The notes beneath the pieces were generated by a model. The model saw only the letters and a program-made list of their open reading frames with translations. It had not been told where the DNA came from and searched no databases. The translations under genes were made by a program, and so were the position numbers. A stretch of DNA of 62,577 bases, the filler included. It is 11 parts of 11 records of this genome, joined end to end, with 100 filler letters (N's around TTAATTAATTAA, not from the genome) between each part and the next. Parts side by side here need not be neighbours in the genome. Positions count along the whole stretch, not along the records: positions 7,025 to 19,133 come from SRR15195285_3103; positions 19,234 to 24,177 come from SRR15195285_3106; 9 more parts are not named here. The stretch is one strand, 5' to 3'. Shown here piece by piece: positions 11,001 through 21,896 of this stretch. Position 1 is the first letter of the stretch, and each line of letters begins with the position of its first letter.

Positions 11001-14000
11001 GAGCTTTCAGTACTTGACAGGTGACAACTGGAGCGAGGTGATGTACTGGTATATGGAACATACCGATCTACCTCCGTATGGTGTTGCGCTGTACATGATA
11101 GTGCAGTTTGTTTGGATGCGTTGCATCATGTTTTCGCTGTTCGTTGCTGTGCTACTCGTTAACTTTTCCATCGATGAAGACGACAAGCTTCCGCGGCAGA
11201 AAGTAAAGTTTGACGAGGAAGAACGGGAAGCTTTGGAGGCTGGTCTCAGAAGTGGAAGTGATATGTTGCGTGCGCTTCAATACAAAGGTACAGGAGCAGT
11301 ACCTGCAGAGCAGTCGCGCGAACGAACACCTCTGCAGATACTTCAGGCATACAATCTTGCCTCACCGATCGGAAGTCCGAGTCTAGCATTGATGAACGGC
11401 GACGGCTGCACTGTGAAACTTAACAATTTATCTGCGTCTTTGGAGTCTGAAGAGTCACTTGAACAGGCTCTGAAGCCGGTTGGTCCAGTACGGGCCATCA
11501 GTATTCGTGTCCGGCCAGTACAAGAGAAGTTAGAACACAATATATCGTCCTGGGCACTGGTGACGTTTGTGGAGTCTGCTGACGCGGGGCGCTTGTTGGC
11601 TGGCAACGCAAACGAAGCTTTGGCAGCTCTCGGGCTTGAGGTCCAGAAATTTGACATGAGCAAGGCGCAAACCAGTCAGAGTGGAATGCAGTTCACAGGC
11701 CAGCAGCATTTGGCAAAACTTGCAGCCCTTATGCCGGAGCAGAGAGATTCATCTGCCGACGTGGATTACACACGTCGGTCGCTGAATCTTTTAGATACAA
11801 CACATCCTGTGAGGCTCTTCTGTGCAACGGTCGAAAGTCATCCCTGGTACCACCGTGTCGTCATGTCCATCATACTGCTCAGCTGTGTCCTAGTCGCGTT
11901 CGAATCTCCTTCGATGATGGCTAAGTATGGCAATTTTTTCAATGCTTACAACGTGCTGATTCTATGTGTGTTGGCTGCACAAATGCTATTGGAGATGATT
12001 GTCCATGGTGTACTGAAACCGTCAGGCCCAACGGTCCCTTACCTACAAAATAGGCTGCATCGCTTGGACGTTTCTGTGATTGTGGTTGTTGTAGCAACGT
12101 ACGTGTTGCCTGCAGTCGGCCTTGTCCAGGGTGTAGCTACCCGTGTAACTGGATTAATTCGAGTGATGGCACCGATGCTGTTGCTACTGCGTAACAACAG
12201 TCTCAGACGGCTGATAAGCACGTTTGCCCACTCAGTGCCAGCTGTTGGCGCAATCATGCTGATATTGACACTACTTCTACTTGTGTTTAGTGTGATTGGT
12301 GTCGAGTATTTCGCTGGAGGACTTTACCGCTGTGTATATGTGAACGACATCTACTCGACAGTACCCGCTGTCGAGGTTCAGAATGCAACTGAATGTTTAG
12401 CCCGCGATGATACTGAGTGGAGAAATCCAAGCTGGAACTTTGATAACGTCTTCTCGGCATTGGTTGCCTTGTTTTACGTTCTTGTCAATGCCGGGTGGCT
12501 CGAGATTGCGGAGAGCACTTTCGATATCACTGGCGTGGACAAGATACCAGCACAAGACAGCAATCTGGGTTCCTGGGTTTATTTTTTGACCTTTCATTTG
12601 ATTTTTACGTTCTTCATGCTCAACTTGTTTATCGGCGTCTTGAGCTCTGCCTTTGGTGAAAAGAGTGGGTCAAATCTTACCACTAATCTTCAGCGTCGAT
12701 GGATCCGAGTCCTTGCGATGTTGAAATCTTTTCGGGTGACTGCTCCACCAATCCCGAAGCCTGCTGTGGGGTCGAAGTTGTGGAAGCTACGCAGAAGGTG
12801 CTGGAATATCGCGGAAGATGCCAATGCCGAACGAATCTGGACTTTCGTCATTTTAGTGAATGTGGCGATGTTGACATTCGATCATTATCCTGCAATCCCT
12901 GGTTGGGCTGATATGATGCAGTGGGCAAATTTTGCCTGCCTCATAACATTTACTGTAGAAGTGTGTGTCAAAATACTCGGCTACGGAATCGCAGGATTTC
13001 TGCAAGATGGATGGCGAAAAATGGACTTGGTGGTTGTGATTGGATCTTGGGCATCACGGATCTTTGGTCTGCAGGCCGGTGTAGCTGTCGTGCGTGCGTT
13101 TCGGACCGTACGGCTTGTGCTGCTCGTCAAACGAATGCCAGGATTGATGGCTCTTATTAACACAATTATTGCTTGTATCGGCCCTGCAATCAGGTAAGCT
13201 CCATTTGACTGCCTTTCATCATCTTGTTACCGTGGTGGTTGAGCACAGCTGGCTGTCTGCACACTGATATCTTGTTGGTGCAGCATTGCGGGCATCAGCT
13301 TCCTTGTATTCTACATCTTTGCAGTGATTGGCATGAAGCTCTTCGGCGATACTCCTACTGACATGCCTTACTACAACGATCAAAACAACTTCAAAACATT
13401 CTTCAGTTCGTTGAAGCTACTATTCCAGCTCATTAATGGACAAGACATCAAAGGGATGATTAACGATCTTGGCATAGGCACTGAACTAGGATGGATGCCT
13501 CCGTTCCTTTATCTTGCTTCTTTTTTCTTCTTGACCGGTGCGCTACCAGCAACGAATTTGCAAAACTCTGTTTTTGAGAAAGAGGTTTTGCAAATTCGTC
13601 CGTCGCCTTTGTCAAATTTATCATTTGCACCTTTTCTCGCCATTTCCTAAATTCCTGCCCATTCTCACTTTTCGCTATTGTCGAATGTTGCAGTGTTCAT
13701 TTGCATGAATCTGTTCGTTGTAACTGTGCTGGACAACTTCGCCAACCTATGTAGTATGGACGACGTTCAATTCGGGCCTGATGACATCGATGGATATGCA
13801 GAAGTATGGCAAAGCCTGACATACGAACGTATCTGGAGGATCGATCCAGGTGCTGTTGGTATCGAAACTGACGAAGCAATGCTTGCGAATATGTCCGAGC
13901 AAGATGTTGCGGACATTTATGCTCGAAAACGAGAGCGTGAGGCTTATCTACGACTACACAACTGGGCGGAGTTCCGTCGACTGTTTCCGCTGCCCATCTA

Positions 14001-17000
14001 CATTGATCAGCACAACCCGATGTTTCGCGGATGGCTTCATCGTCCGAATGCGTTAGACTGGCTCACAGCGAGTGACCAACGATTTTTCTGGATCGATATG
14101 AGCTGTACCGAGGCAGATGCGATTGGTCACTTGTGTCTCAACTGGTACAGCGAAGGCTCCACGCTGCGTGAATTGGATCGCCTGCATGAAAAAAATCAGC
14201 TGGTCATCAACCGGGTGCAAATCAAGAAACTCGTTACCGCAGTTCCCGATCCGAAAGCAGCATCACTGGTTGCTGTTGCCAAGGACGACACTGCTGAAAC
14301 TGGAAAGATAGACAAGATGGAAGCGGCACTAAGTGGCCGCGGGTGGCTTGTTGCTCTTGCGAATGCACAACTCAAATATCCAGGCAACACCATGGCTGCT
14401 GCCTTCAGCTTGGCTTGGTATGATGATGTCCTGGGCGATATGACGCTGGCAGGCAACGCCGACCCAACACTTTCGAGCCCCAAGATCGGAGTTTCTATGG
14501 AAGATGAAGAAAGCTTGTCACCTCTCCAAGCTCGTCTTCGCCAATGCATACAGTCTGGCATCACTATGCCGCACTCGACTTCAGACAGCACACCGGGCTG
14601 CTATGCATGCGAACCAGATGATTACACTGACTTTTGGCCACTCTTCAGTCGCGTGATAGCTCGCGTTCATGGATTAGATGATGATTTTGTTCAGTCTGAT
14701 CCGATGTGCTGGCCCGAAGAGGCAGATGATGTTCAGCCGAACAACGGCACAGACGACCAGCAAACAGTGCCATCCACACAGAAAAAGAAGAAAGGGAAGA
14801 AGAACAAAAAGGATAAAAAAGGCAAGAGCTCGGGAAACAAGAAGAGAGCGAAAGAACAAGGAGCCAAAGGCAGTGAGGTGGAGGCAAAGGAGATGGTTCA
14901 CTCCGTGCCTGGCGACAAGACGCAGTCGTGGAATCTATCCAAAGTAGATCGGGCGAGCTTAGCAACACCCGAGAATCTCGACTTCGGATTCGATTTATCA
15001 TCAGCTGGGTTAGCTCCAATGCCGGTTCGATTGTCAGTTGTTCGCAATCTGATCGGATTCAACCTGATTGCCACTATGCAGAAGGATGATCGGCTAACGC
15101 TAGAAGATCTGGTTTGTGACGCAATCAGGCACATTATGCGCAAGACCCAATTTCGTGGCCGTTACGTTTCGCTCACCCCAGGTCACCCCGATGAAATCCG
15201 CCAATCAGAGCAAGAGGAGCTTGCTGAAGCAGGACTGATGTTTCCTACGGCCTCAGAGAACCCAGAAATGGAGGCAGGTGGGTTACTGACGGACTGGCCG
15301 TACGGGCGTGGATGCTGGATAAGCAAGGACGAACGTATGACGATATGGGTAGGATACGAGGATCACATTTCCATAAACGCTGGTGGTATGCACGAAACTG
15401 ATCTTGCAGAGCTGTTTGATCGGCTTGTTGCAGTCGTTAATGTGGTTGAGAGCACAGAATCTATCGTGTTTCGTCACGAACCAATTCGTTGTGGCTACGT
15501 GACATCATCTTTGTTCAACTGTGGAAGTGGCATGTGGGCAGAGGCAGCAATTTGTCTCCCAACTCTAACTGTCAACGGGGCTGGCCGTGTCCGCGAAGTC
15601 ATCAAGGGACTGGGCCTGGACCTTGTTGTGCTGCCGAAAGATGCAAACAGCGCAACAGACGCGTGGGAGTTGCAAGGTTACGTTGATTCTCTTGTCAGCG
15701 ACCCAGAAGTAGGTAGCAGAGGCGCCGTACGAGTCGCGGTGAGACGGACATTCGGAGTCACTGAAGCGTTCATTGTTTGCCAGTTGTGCGTCGGGCTTGT
15801 AAGTTTGTGGAAGTCTGAAGAGGTAGCAGCCGCAACCAGCAGCACAGATCAGGAGATTGAAACGATATGCTGTGGGTTGCGCAACGCACAAGAAGCGGCG
15901 GGGGCAAAGAGTGAAAAGCAAGCACTGGCCGATGCTCTTCGAGCTGCTGCTAACGCAGAGTTATCTGACAATTCAATTGAGATCGAGGTCATCCCAATTG
16001 ATGCGCCCGCTTTGCAACGAGACGCAGCAGAGATTGAGCTGGAAACGATTACGGATGCAACGGTCCTGAGCACACCAGTGAAAATGCCTGATGGTATGAC
16101 TCGTCACGGTTTCGTCTTGACCGTATTCGACACCGAAGGCGTCAACACCGCCGGCGTTGACACCAAAGCTGGCCATGTGAAGTCCGGTGGTCCTGTTGAA
16201 GAAAAATTCGAGTTCTACCTCGATACAACAGCCGAGCGAGATACATGGTTTGACGCACTAGCAGCTGCTCGTACTGGTCAGTACACAGGCGAGGCAAAAC
16301 AGGCAGTACTCCATATGCCAAACGTGGGATGGGGCAAAGCGTACGCTGCACGTCACTGCACTCTGTCCGGGTCTGGTTTGGTAATGTCAAGCAACGATGG
16401 CACAACCACAATGCGGCTTGTGGCAGAGTCAGAAGAGGAGAAAGCTGCCTGGGCAGTCGCACTGCAGTGGCTACAAAACAACTGTGAAGGGAGCCCGCCT
16501 CGAAACGATCCCAGGTATGTGCAAGCAGCATTGCCTAGGTAGCTGCAATGTGCAATTCCGCTGACCGGCTTCAGTTGCAAGTGCGTCTAACCTAAATTTG
16601 CGTCTGCGCTGAGCAGAATGTACCCAGGTGGAATTCCGCCAAAACCGCTGGACCAGCACGAGTGGGCTAAGATCAGGAGTCAGGTCGGACTGCTGGACAT
16701 TCCTTACAGCAGCCTCAGAAAGATGCTTCGCTTGCTACAGAACCGTGGCATTTTGGATGTTAACGACGCCTTTTCAAGAAGTTTTGTACTCTACGCTAGT
16801 TTCCAAATGGAAATGCACGCGTACCGGACCGCTGCAACGGACGCAGCGCAGCGGGCCTCCGGAATCGAAAGGGCAATACAAGCAATCGACGGCCTGAATT
16901 TCACGAAAGTCTTGGAACAACTGTGCCTGGTGTCATGCGGCAGAGCAAACTCGCTGTCGTATGCAGAGCTGTGTAAATCCTATAAGCTAGACTCGGAGTT

Positions 17001-17373
17001 TATTGCGATGCAAACCATCTTGGCTGGAGTGAGCGCGTGGGTTGCACTGCGTGCTCATGACAAGTGGGGTAAGAGGGAGAGCCCGCATCCGACGAACCCC
17101 ATATGGCGACGCAACCCAGCCGCATACCGCGCTGGGGTACGCGCCATGCGTAACCAGAGGTTGCGTGTACTCGGAGACCTCAGGCGGGCCATCGCAAAGG
17201 ATCAGCCCCAAGTGGATTTAGACGCCTTTCAGGCGCGCGAAGGACAACGCCGGACAGTGGACCGTGCAGCTCAGGATTTTTCGGCCAAACGAGAAACAGA
17301 TTTCGGTGCGGCGACATTTCCGAATCCGTTGAACGATATGTCCACAGCATCGGCCAACGCTGTCGACAAGTAG
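8068..17373 (+). CDS. Four-domain voltage-gated Ca/Na-type cation channel fused to an N-terminal tetraspanin and C-terminal PH and ATP:guanido phosphotransferase-like domains (6 exons, ~2925 aa)
   Basis: Exons 8068-8297, 8383-9058, 9154-13193, 13284-13537, 13694-16514, 16617-17373. All five introns are GT..AG and phase-matched; spliced length is 8778 nt. S4 segments include RVLRVLRPIHTLR, RFVRLLRVLQMSR and RAFRTVRLVLLVKR. Four pore loops; S6 motifs LNLFLAV, FSLFVAVLLVNF, MLNLFIGVL, MNLFVVTVLDNF. Phosphagen-kinase motifs GCYACEPDDY, DWPYGRG, WVGYEDH. Confidence 0.85.
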
Positions 17374-17529
17374 TGGTCGTTCTTGCAACGAATGTACAAT
17401 CAAAAAGTGCAGCGACAGTTTTGAATAAAACCCACACGCTCGGCTCTTCCACCTCCTTGCTGTTCCCACACGGGGACCCGAACAAGAGCACCATTGACTC
17501 GCATGCACAGGATGGCAAAATAGTGCGTG

Positions 17530-18831
17530 TCAAAGGTTGGACCGAGCCTTTGCTGATTGCTGCATCTCCTCGACAACCCACTCAATCGCATCGGCCGTAG
17601 TTCGAAATGTCCCCGCCGCCCCAGCTGCAAGCAGCTGGTCAGATGCTGCCGTGGCCTCTGCGTGGGTCTCGCAATTGTTGCACACGCCGAGCACATGCGC
17701 GATGCCTGCGCCAACTGCTGATCGAACGCCTGCAACACTGTCTTCGAATGCAACTGTGTGTTTACCGTCGTTGCCGACAAGTTCAAGCTATGCGTACAGT
17801 CATGGGTGCACTCAGTCGCTCGCCACAGAACGATGCCCCAATGCCATGGTGGGCTGTGAAGCAACGCACAATAGGGTTAGATGGCCGGGCTTACTGCACG
17901 AGTGTACGGGGTCGGATCCGGCTTCATCAGCTCGTTGCCAATGTCTTCTTGCACAATCCGCTTTCGAAATACGTCACCCATTGAGCCTGCCTCTAGGATC
18001 GCATTCACAATAGGACGCAGATTGCTCGTACAAAGGGCAAGATCCACCCCGTTGCTGTGTAGCTTCCGCACCGCTTGCTCCACGCCAGAGTACCATAGTG
18101 ACCGCAAGTCTGGACCGCCCTCCGATACAGGCCGATGTACAGAAGCCACAGACTCTGCCCGCTTCTTCGCAACCAACTCTGCCGCGGTATGTGTGGTGAT
18201 GCGAAACAGCTGCATCACGTGTTCCGCGATAGCTGGCGCGGATGCACCTGTACCACACAAAAATGTGGAACAGATGCAACCACAATGCACACAGCTGCAA
18301 GGTGAGCGTACGCCCGAAGTAAGTGTTTGTCGATGGGTGAAGTTAACACCTAGCAGCCCCGCACCGATAAACTCCGAGGAGCGAGTGATCGTTTGCACGC
18401 TATCTTCCGGACCCATCGCACCAATATCGTGAAGCACTTTGTCCCACGCTAAAGGGTTCAAATATTCACTGGCCACCTGCAACGAATCCGGGACAAAGCG
18501 GCAGAGTCGCATACATGTTTGAGAGCACTTAGCAGTCGACAAGTACATGTAGGAAGCAGATGATACCATGACCTACGGTAGGCAAGCGGAGCGGAACTGA
18601 CTCTAGGACTTTCTGATAGCCAGATCCGTAATCGAAATCAGCCTAACCAGGCAGGCACGTGGGCCGAACAGAGCATAGAGAAAACTACGATCGTGTATGC
18701 TGCGGGAGAGGAGAGCAGGGCGTGTCATTATAGCAGTCGCGACTTATGTAGTATACCAGTGTCCCGTCAAGGTCGAACAGCCCCGCCACAGTGGCTCCAC
18801 CAGACGACAGTGGGGGAGGTCGTCGCATCAT
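17530..18831 (-). CDS. HAD-superfamily hydrolase (CbbY/beta-phosphoglucomutase/phosphoglycolate phosphatase-like), multi-exon
   Basis: ATG at 18831 gives MMRRPPPLSSGGATVAGLFDLDGTL (motif I). Motif II LALCTSN and motif III KPDPTPY lie in ORF 17877-18569. The last exon, read on the - strand, has motif IV VAFEDSVAGVRSAVGAG and stops at 17530-17532. Internal exon boundaries are not fully resolved. Confidence 0.8.
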
Positions 18832-19380
18832 CTCGTGTTGACACCTCAGAATGAGGGTGGTCAGCTGGTCACCTGCACAGTCTATCTAGCGCTGTGAGAA
18901 AACAATCGACTCTAGCAGACACAGCCCAGGGCGACGGTGCTGCCACTCTTCCTGAGGCACGACCCTCGTATTAACTTGTCAGCAGCTGGGCCGGGACGGA
19001 CAGTGGGCTGAATAAAGCTCGCTCTAGTAGTACGTAGTTTTGCTGCTAGCCAGCAACTGATGATCGCGAGAGCACTCACACGCCCGCGCGCGCCGCGGAT
19101 TCACTCGCAATTCATGTCATGTGCGGCGGGGCANNNNNNNNNNNNNNNNNNNNNNNNNNNNNNNNNNNNNNNNNNNNTTAATTAATTAANNNNNNNNNNN
19201 NNNNNNNNNNNNNNNNNNNNNNNNNNNNNNNNNGTATTTATTGGTAGAGTGTTCTACTACAGCACTCTACGCTACTGTACTAGATCTAGTATATTCGATA
19301 CAGCATATGAATCCAGCCGTATTTTGTATATGGAGAGCGTGGCAGCGGCGCGGCGGCGCCGGCGGGCCCTGCCTCGCGAG

Positions 19381-19394
19381 CGCGCGCGCGCGCG
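19381..19394. promoter_or_regulatory. (CG)7 tract upstream of a start codon; candidate core-promoter element
   Basis: Lies 85 nt upstream of ATG 19479. Similar (CG)4-6 tracts precede other genes at 7653-7664, 19085-19092, 24075-24082, 54091-54098 and 59167-59178. Confidence 0.4.
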
Positions 19395-19478
19395 AACACT
19401 CAACGAATAGAAGGCCTGTGGCGGGCTACATATACGTTAGTCGCACAGATCTAGCTGGCCCCATACTTGTCAGTGAAT

Positions 19479-21896
19479 ATGCGAATGCTCATGGTTGCGG
19501 CCATGATAATGTCCGCTGCTACACGGTCCGAGGCTGCCAGCCGCAGCCTCGTGGTCACGTCGCTCGATAAGTCGGTCTCTGTTGCTGTCGACCCTCAGAC
19601 CGGCAAGATCAGTTCGCTGACATCGCGCGGCACGCGGCACGGTATTGTGGGCGGCGTCACCTTGCAAGGAACGAGACCGTTGGAAATCTCGGCCAAGTCG
19701 GTCGGGGAGGGCGGTGAGAGCGTACTCATCACGCAAATTGTGTGCATTCCAGCCGCGGACGTGCCATGCAGCTCCAAGCAGGCCAAAGTGAACAGCCTGT
19801 TTACGCCCCGCGCCACCTCGGTTGGATGGACGCTCAATATCTCTTCGCCTGTCTACTCGACCGACCCTACACCACTTTGGACAGCACCTGTGGTGACAAA
19901 TATCACGTTCGCCAACTCTGGCGACAAGCAGTTCTGGGCGCCCTGGAGCCGTGGCGAGACCAAAGACCCTCTGACGCCATCTGACGGTGGCTTCTCCTGG
20001 TGGACGGGAGAGTATCTGCTCGGGGCGCAGGTGATGCCAGCCTCTGACCACGTGATTCATGAGATGGCGACCGTGCTCGACCCAACCCATGATGTCGGCG
20101 TGTCGTTCATCCCGTCTCCAGCTAATCCTCCAGCCCATCCAACTTGGCTCAACATCTCCGGTGCCGGGATGGACTGCCACACTGCAGATGCTTGCTCTGG
20201 CCCAGGCTGGTTCGCGGTGTCGCGGCACCACTTGCGTTTTGGCGACGGAGCTCGTCCACACATCTTTGATACCGACATCGTTGCTCACGAGGCATGCTGG
20301 CGCGCCGCCCTCGGCTGGTCGGTCCGAACCCACGCAGAGTACTGGGAGCCAGTGAATCCAGTCATAAAGGAGATCGAAGGCTTGGGATCTTACAGCTCGT
20401 ATCTTGGCGACCTGACAGACCCGAAGTTCAAAGAAATGGATTACGCTCTCAACTGGGACCTATCAGGGCGTTTCTTCCCTTACGCGGGACAGTTCCTTCC
20501 ACCGGTCAAGAGGGGTGAAATCTGGCTCAACGATGGCGAAGGTACACAGCCACGTGCAAACGTGAGTTTCGAGATCATCGACGAGTTCTACGGCAGGATA
20601 CAGCGCCAAGGATTTGCCACGCTGTCATACTTCAACGTGTTTGAATACGGAGAAAATATCTGCGGAAACTACCCTGGCATGGCACCACTCTGCAATCGAT
20701 CCGGAGAGCCGACTTTCGACGCCTTGGAGAGGCAGCAGGGGCACACAGCATACCCCGTTCCGTCTTCCGCAGACCCCTGGGCCAACTCGACTTGGTTCAT
20801 GCTTGAAAACTTTCCCAAGAGTCTCGTCACTGCCTACGACTGCGGTGGCCACAAAAGTGGTTGCAGTAGTACTGGGGACGCAACAGCGGCGAGTAACGAG
20901 AGCGCTCGGCGACAGATTGGAACTTGGCAGGGTGGTGTTGTGGTTGATCCGGTCGATCCGCAGCTAAAGGCGCACTTTGTGGCGCAGCTGGAGCGCAAGT
21001 ACACGGAAATCAGCAACTTTCAGGGCTTGGTGGTGGACCGTTCAGATTGGAACACTGTATACAATTACGACTTCGATGATGGTGCGAGTTTCATTGGCAA
21101 TTCCACCGCTCATCTCAGCCAATACTCTTACTTGGACACAATTGCGGCACTACGCGATGTCATGAAGAACAAGGAGGGTGACATGCTTCACAACCAGACA
21201 GTAATGCTGCAGAATGCACTGGGATTCACACAGCTCAGCTTGATGAAAGATTTTGACGGCACCTTCTCCGAAGGTGGTGTGGTCAACTCAGTCGGGCTCC
21301 TTGGAGCACGGAGCACAGCCATCTTGTGGACGTACAATACGAAGGAGTGCTGCAGCAGCTTGAGCGTTGCAGATGAGTACTTTCAGCGCCGGCTCCACCT
21401 CAAGGTCTTTCCGATGGCTCCATTCCCGCAGGCTGACCACTGCATCGCGTCTGACCCGAAGGCGGAGGCGATGTACATCACTTACGGTGGAATGTTCAGT
21501 GCACTGCGTGGGGCAAAATACTTGCTCCGCCCACATGCCATCAACATGACAAAGCCTGCGCTGGCTAATGTCTACGAACTGCCACACGCGCCAGGACTGG
21601 CGACGCTTTGGTCGGTAATGCTCGGTGGAAATCAGTCCTCGGGGGTCCTTTCGGTTGCTTTCCTGCCCACAGCAACTACTGTTGGAGCAACTGCACCAGG
21701 TCTCGATGCTAACCGATTTGAGGTGATGCACCCGGGAGCGCACGATTGGAAGCCACTCCCTGCGACTGCTGCGCACCTTGCAGATGGAGGTGGTGCAGCG
21801 AAGCTGACAGTGCCGCTGAAACGTGGGTGCGCACTAGTTCGACTCGTAGTCGATTCACCTGATGGGAAGCCACTACTACAGCAACTGGGACTGTGA
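19479..21896 (+). CDS. Secreted glycoside-hydrolase-like protein (unclassified)
   Basis: Intronless ~805 aa with signal peptide MRMLMVAAMIMSAATRSEA. Beta-rich N-terminal part, aromatic/Asp-rich central barrel-like part (YALNWDLSGRFFPY, LSYFNVFEYG, GLVVDRSDW) and beta C-terminal part, i.e. a GH-D-clan-like layout. Family not identified. Confidence 0.5.
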   Translation: MRMLMVAAMIMSAATRSEAASRSLVVTSLDKSVSVAVDPQTGKISSLTSRGTRHGIVGGVTLQGTRPLEISAKSVGEGGESVLITQIVCIPAADVPCSSKQAKVNSLFTPRATSVGWTLNISSPVYSTDPTPLWTAPVVTNITFANSGDKQFWAPWSRGETKDPLTPSDGGFSWWTGEYLLGAQVMPASDHVIHEMATVLDPTHDVGVSFIPSPANPPAHPTWLNISGAGMDCHTADACSGPGWFAVSRHHLRFGDGARPHIFDTDIVAHEACWRAALGWSVRTHAEYWEPVNPVIKEIEGLGSYSSYLGDLTDPKFKEMDYALNWDLSGRFFPYAGQFLPPVKRGEIWLNDGEGTQPRANVSFEIIDEFYGRIQRQGFATLSYFNVFEYGENICGNYPGMAPLCNRSGEPTFDALERQQGHTAYPVPSSADPWANSTWFMLENFPKSLVTAYDCGGHKSGCSSTGDATAASNESARRQIGTWQGGVVVDPVDPQLKAHFVAQLERKYTEISNFQGLVVDRSDWNTVYNYDFDDGASFIGNSTAHLSQYSYLDTIAALRDVMKNKEGDMLHNQTVMLQNALGFTQLSLMKDFDGTFSEGGVVNSVGLLGARSTAILWTYNTKECCSSLSVADEYFQRRLHLKVFPMAPFPQADHCIASDPKAEAMYITYGGMFSALRGAKYLLRPHAINMTKPALANVYELPHAPGLATLWSVMLGGNQSSGVLSVAFLPTATTVGATAPGLDANRFEVMHPGAHDWKPLPATAAHLADGGGAAKLTVPLKRGCALVRLVVDSPDGKPLLQQLGL

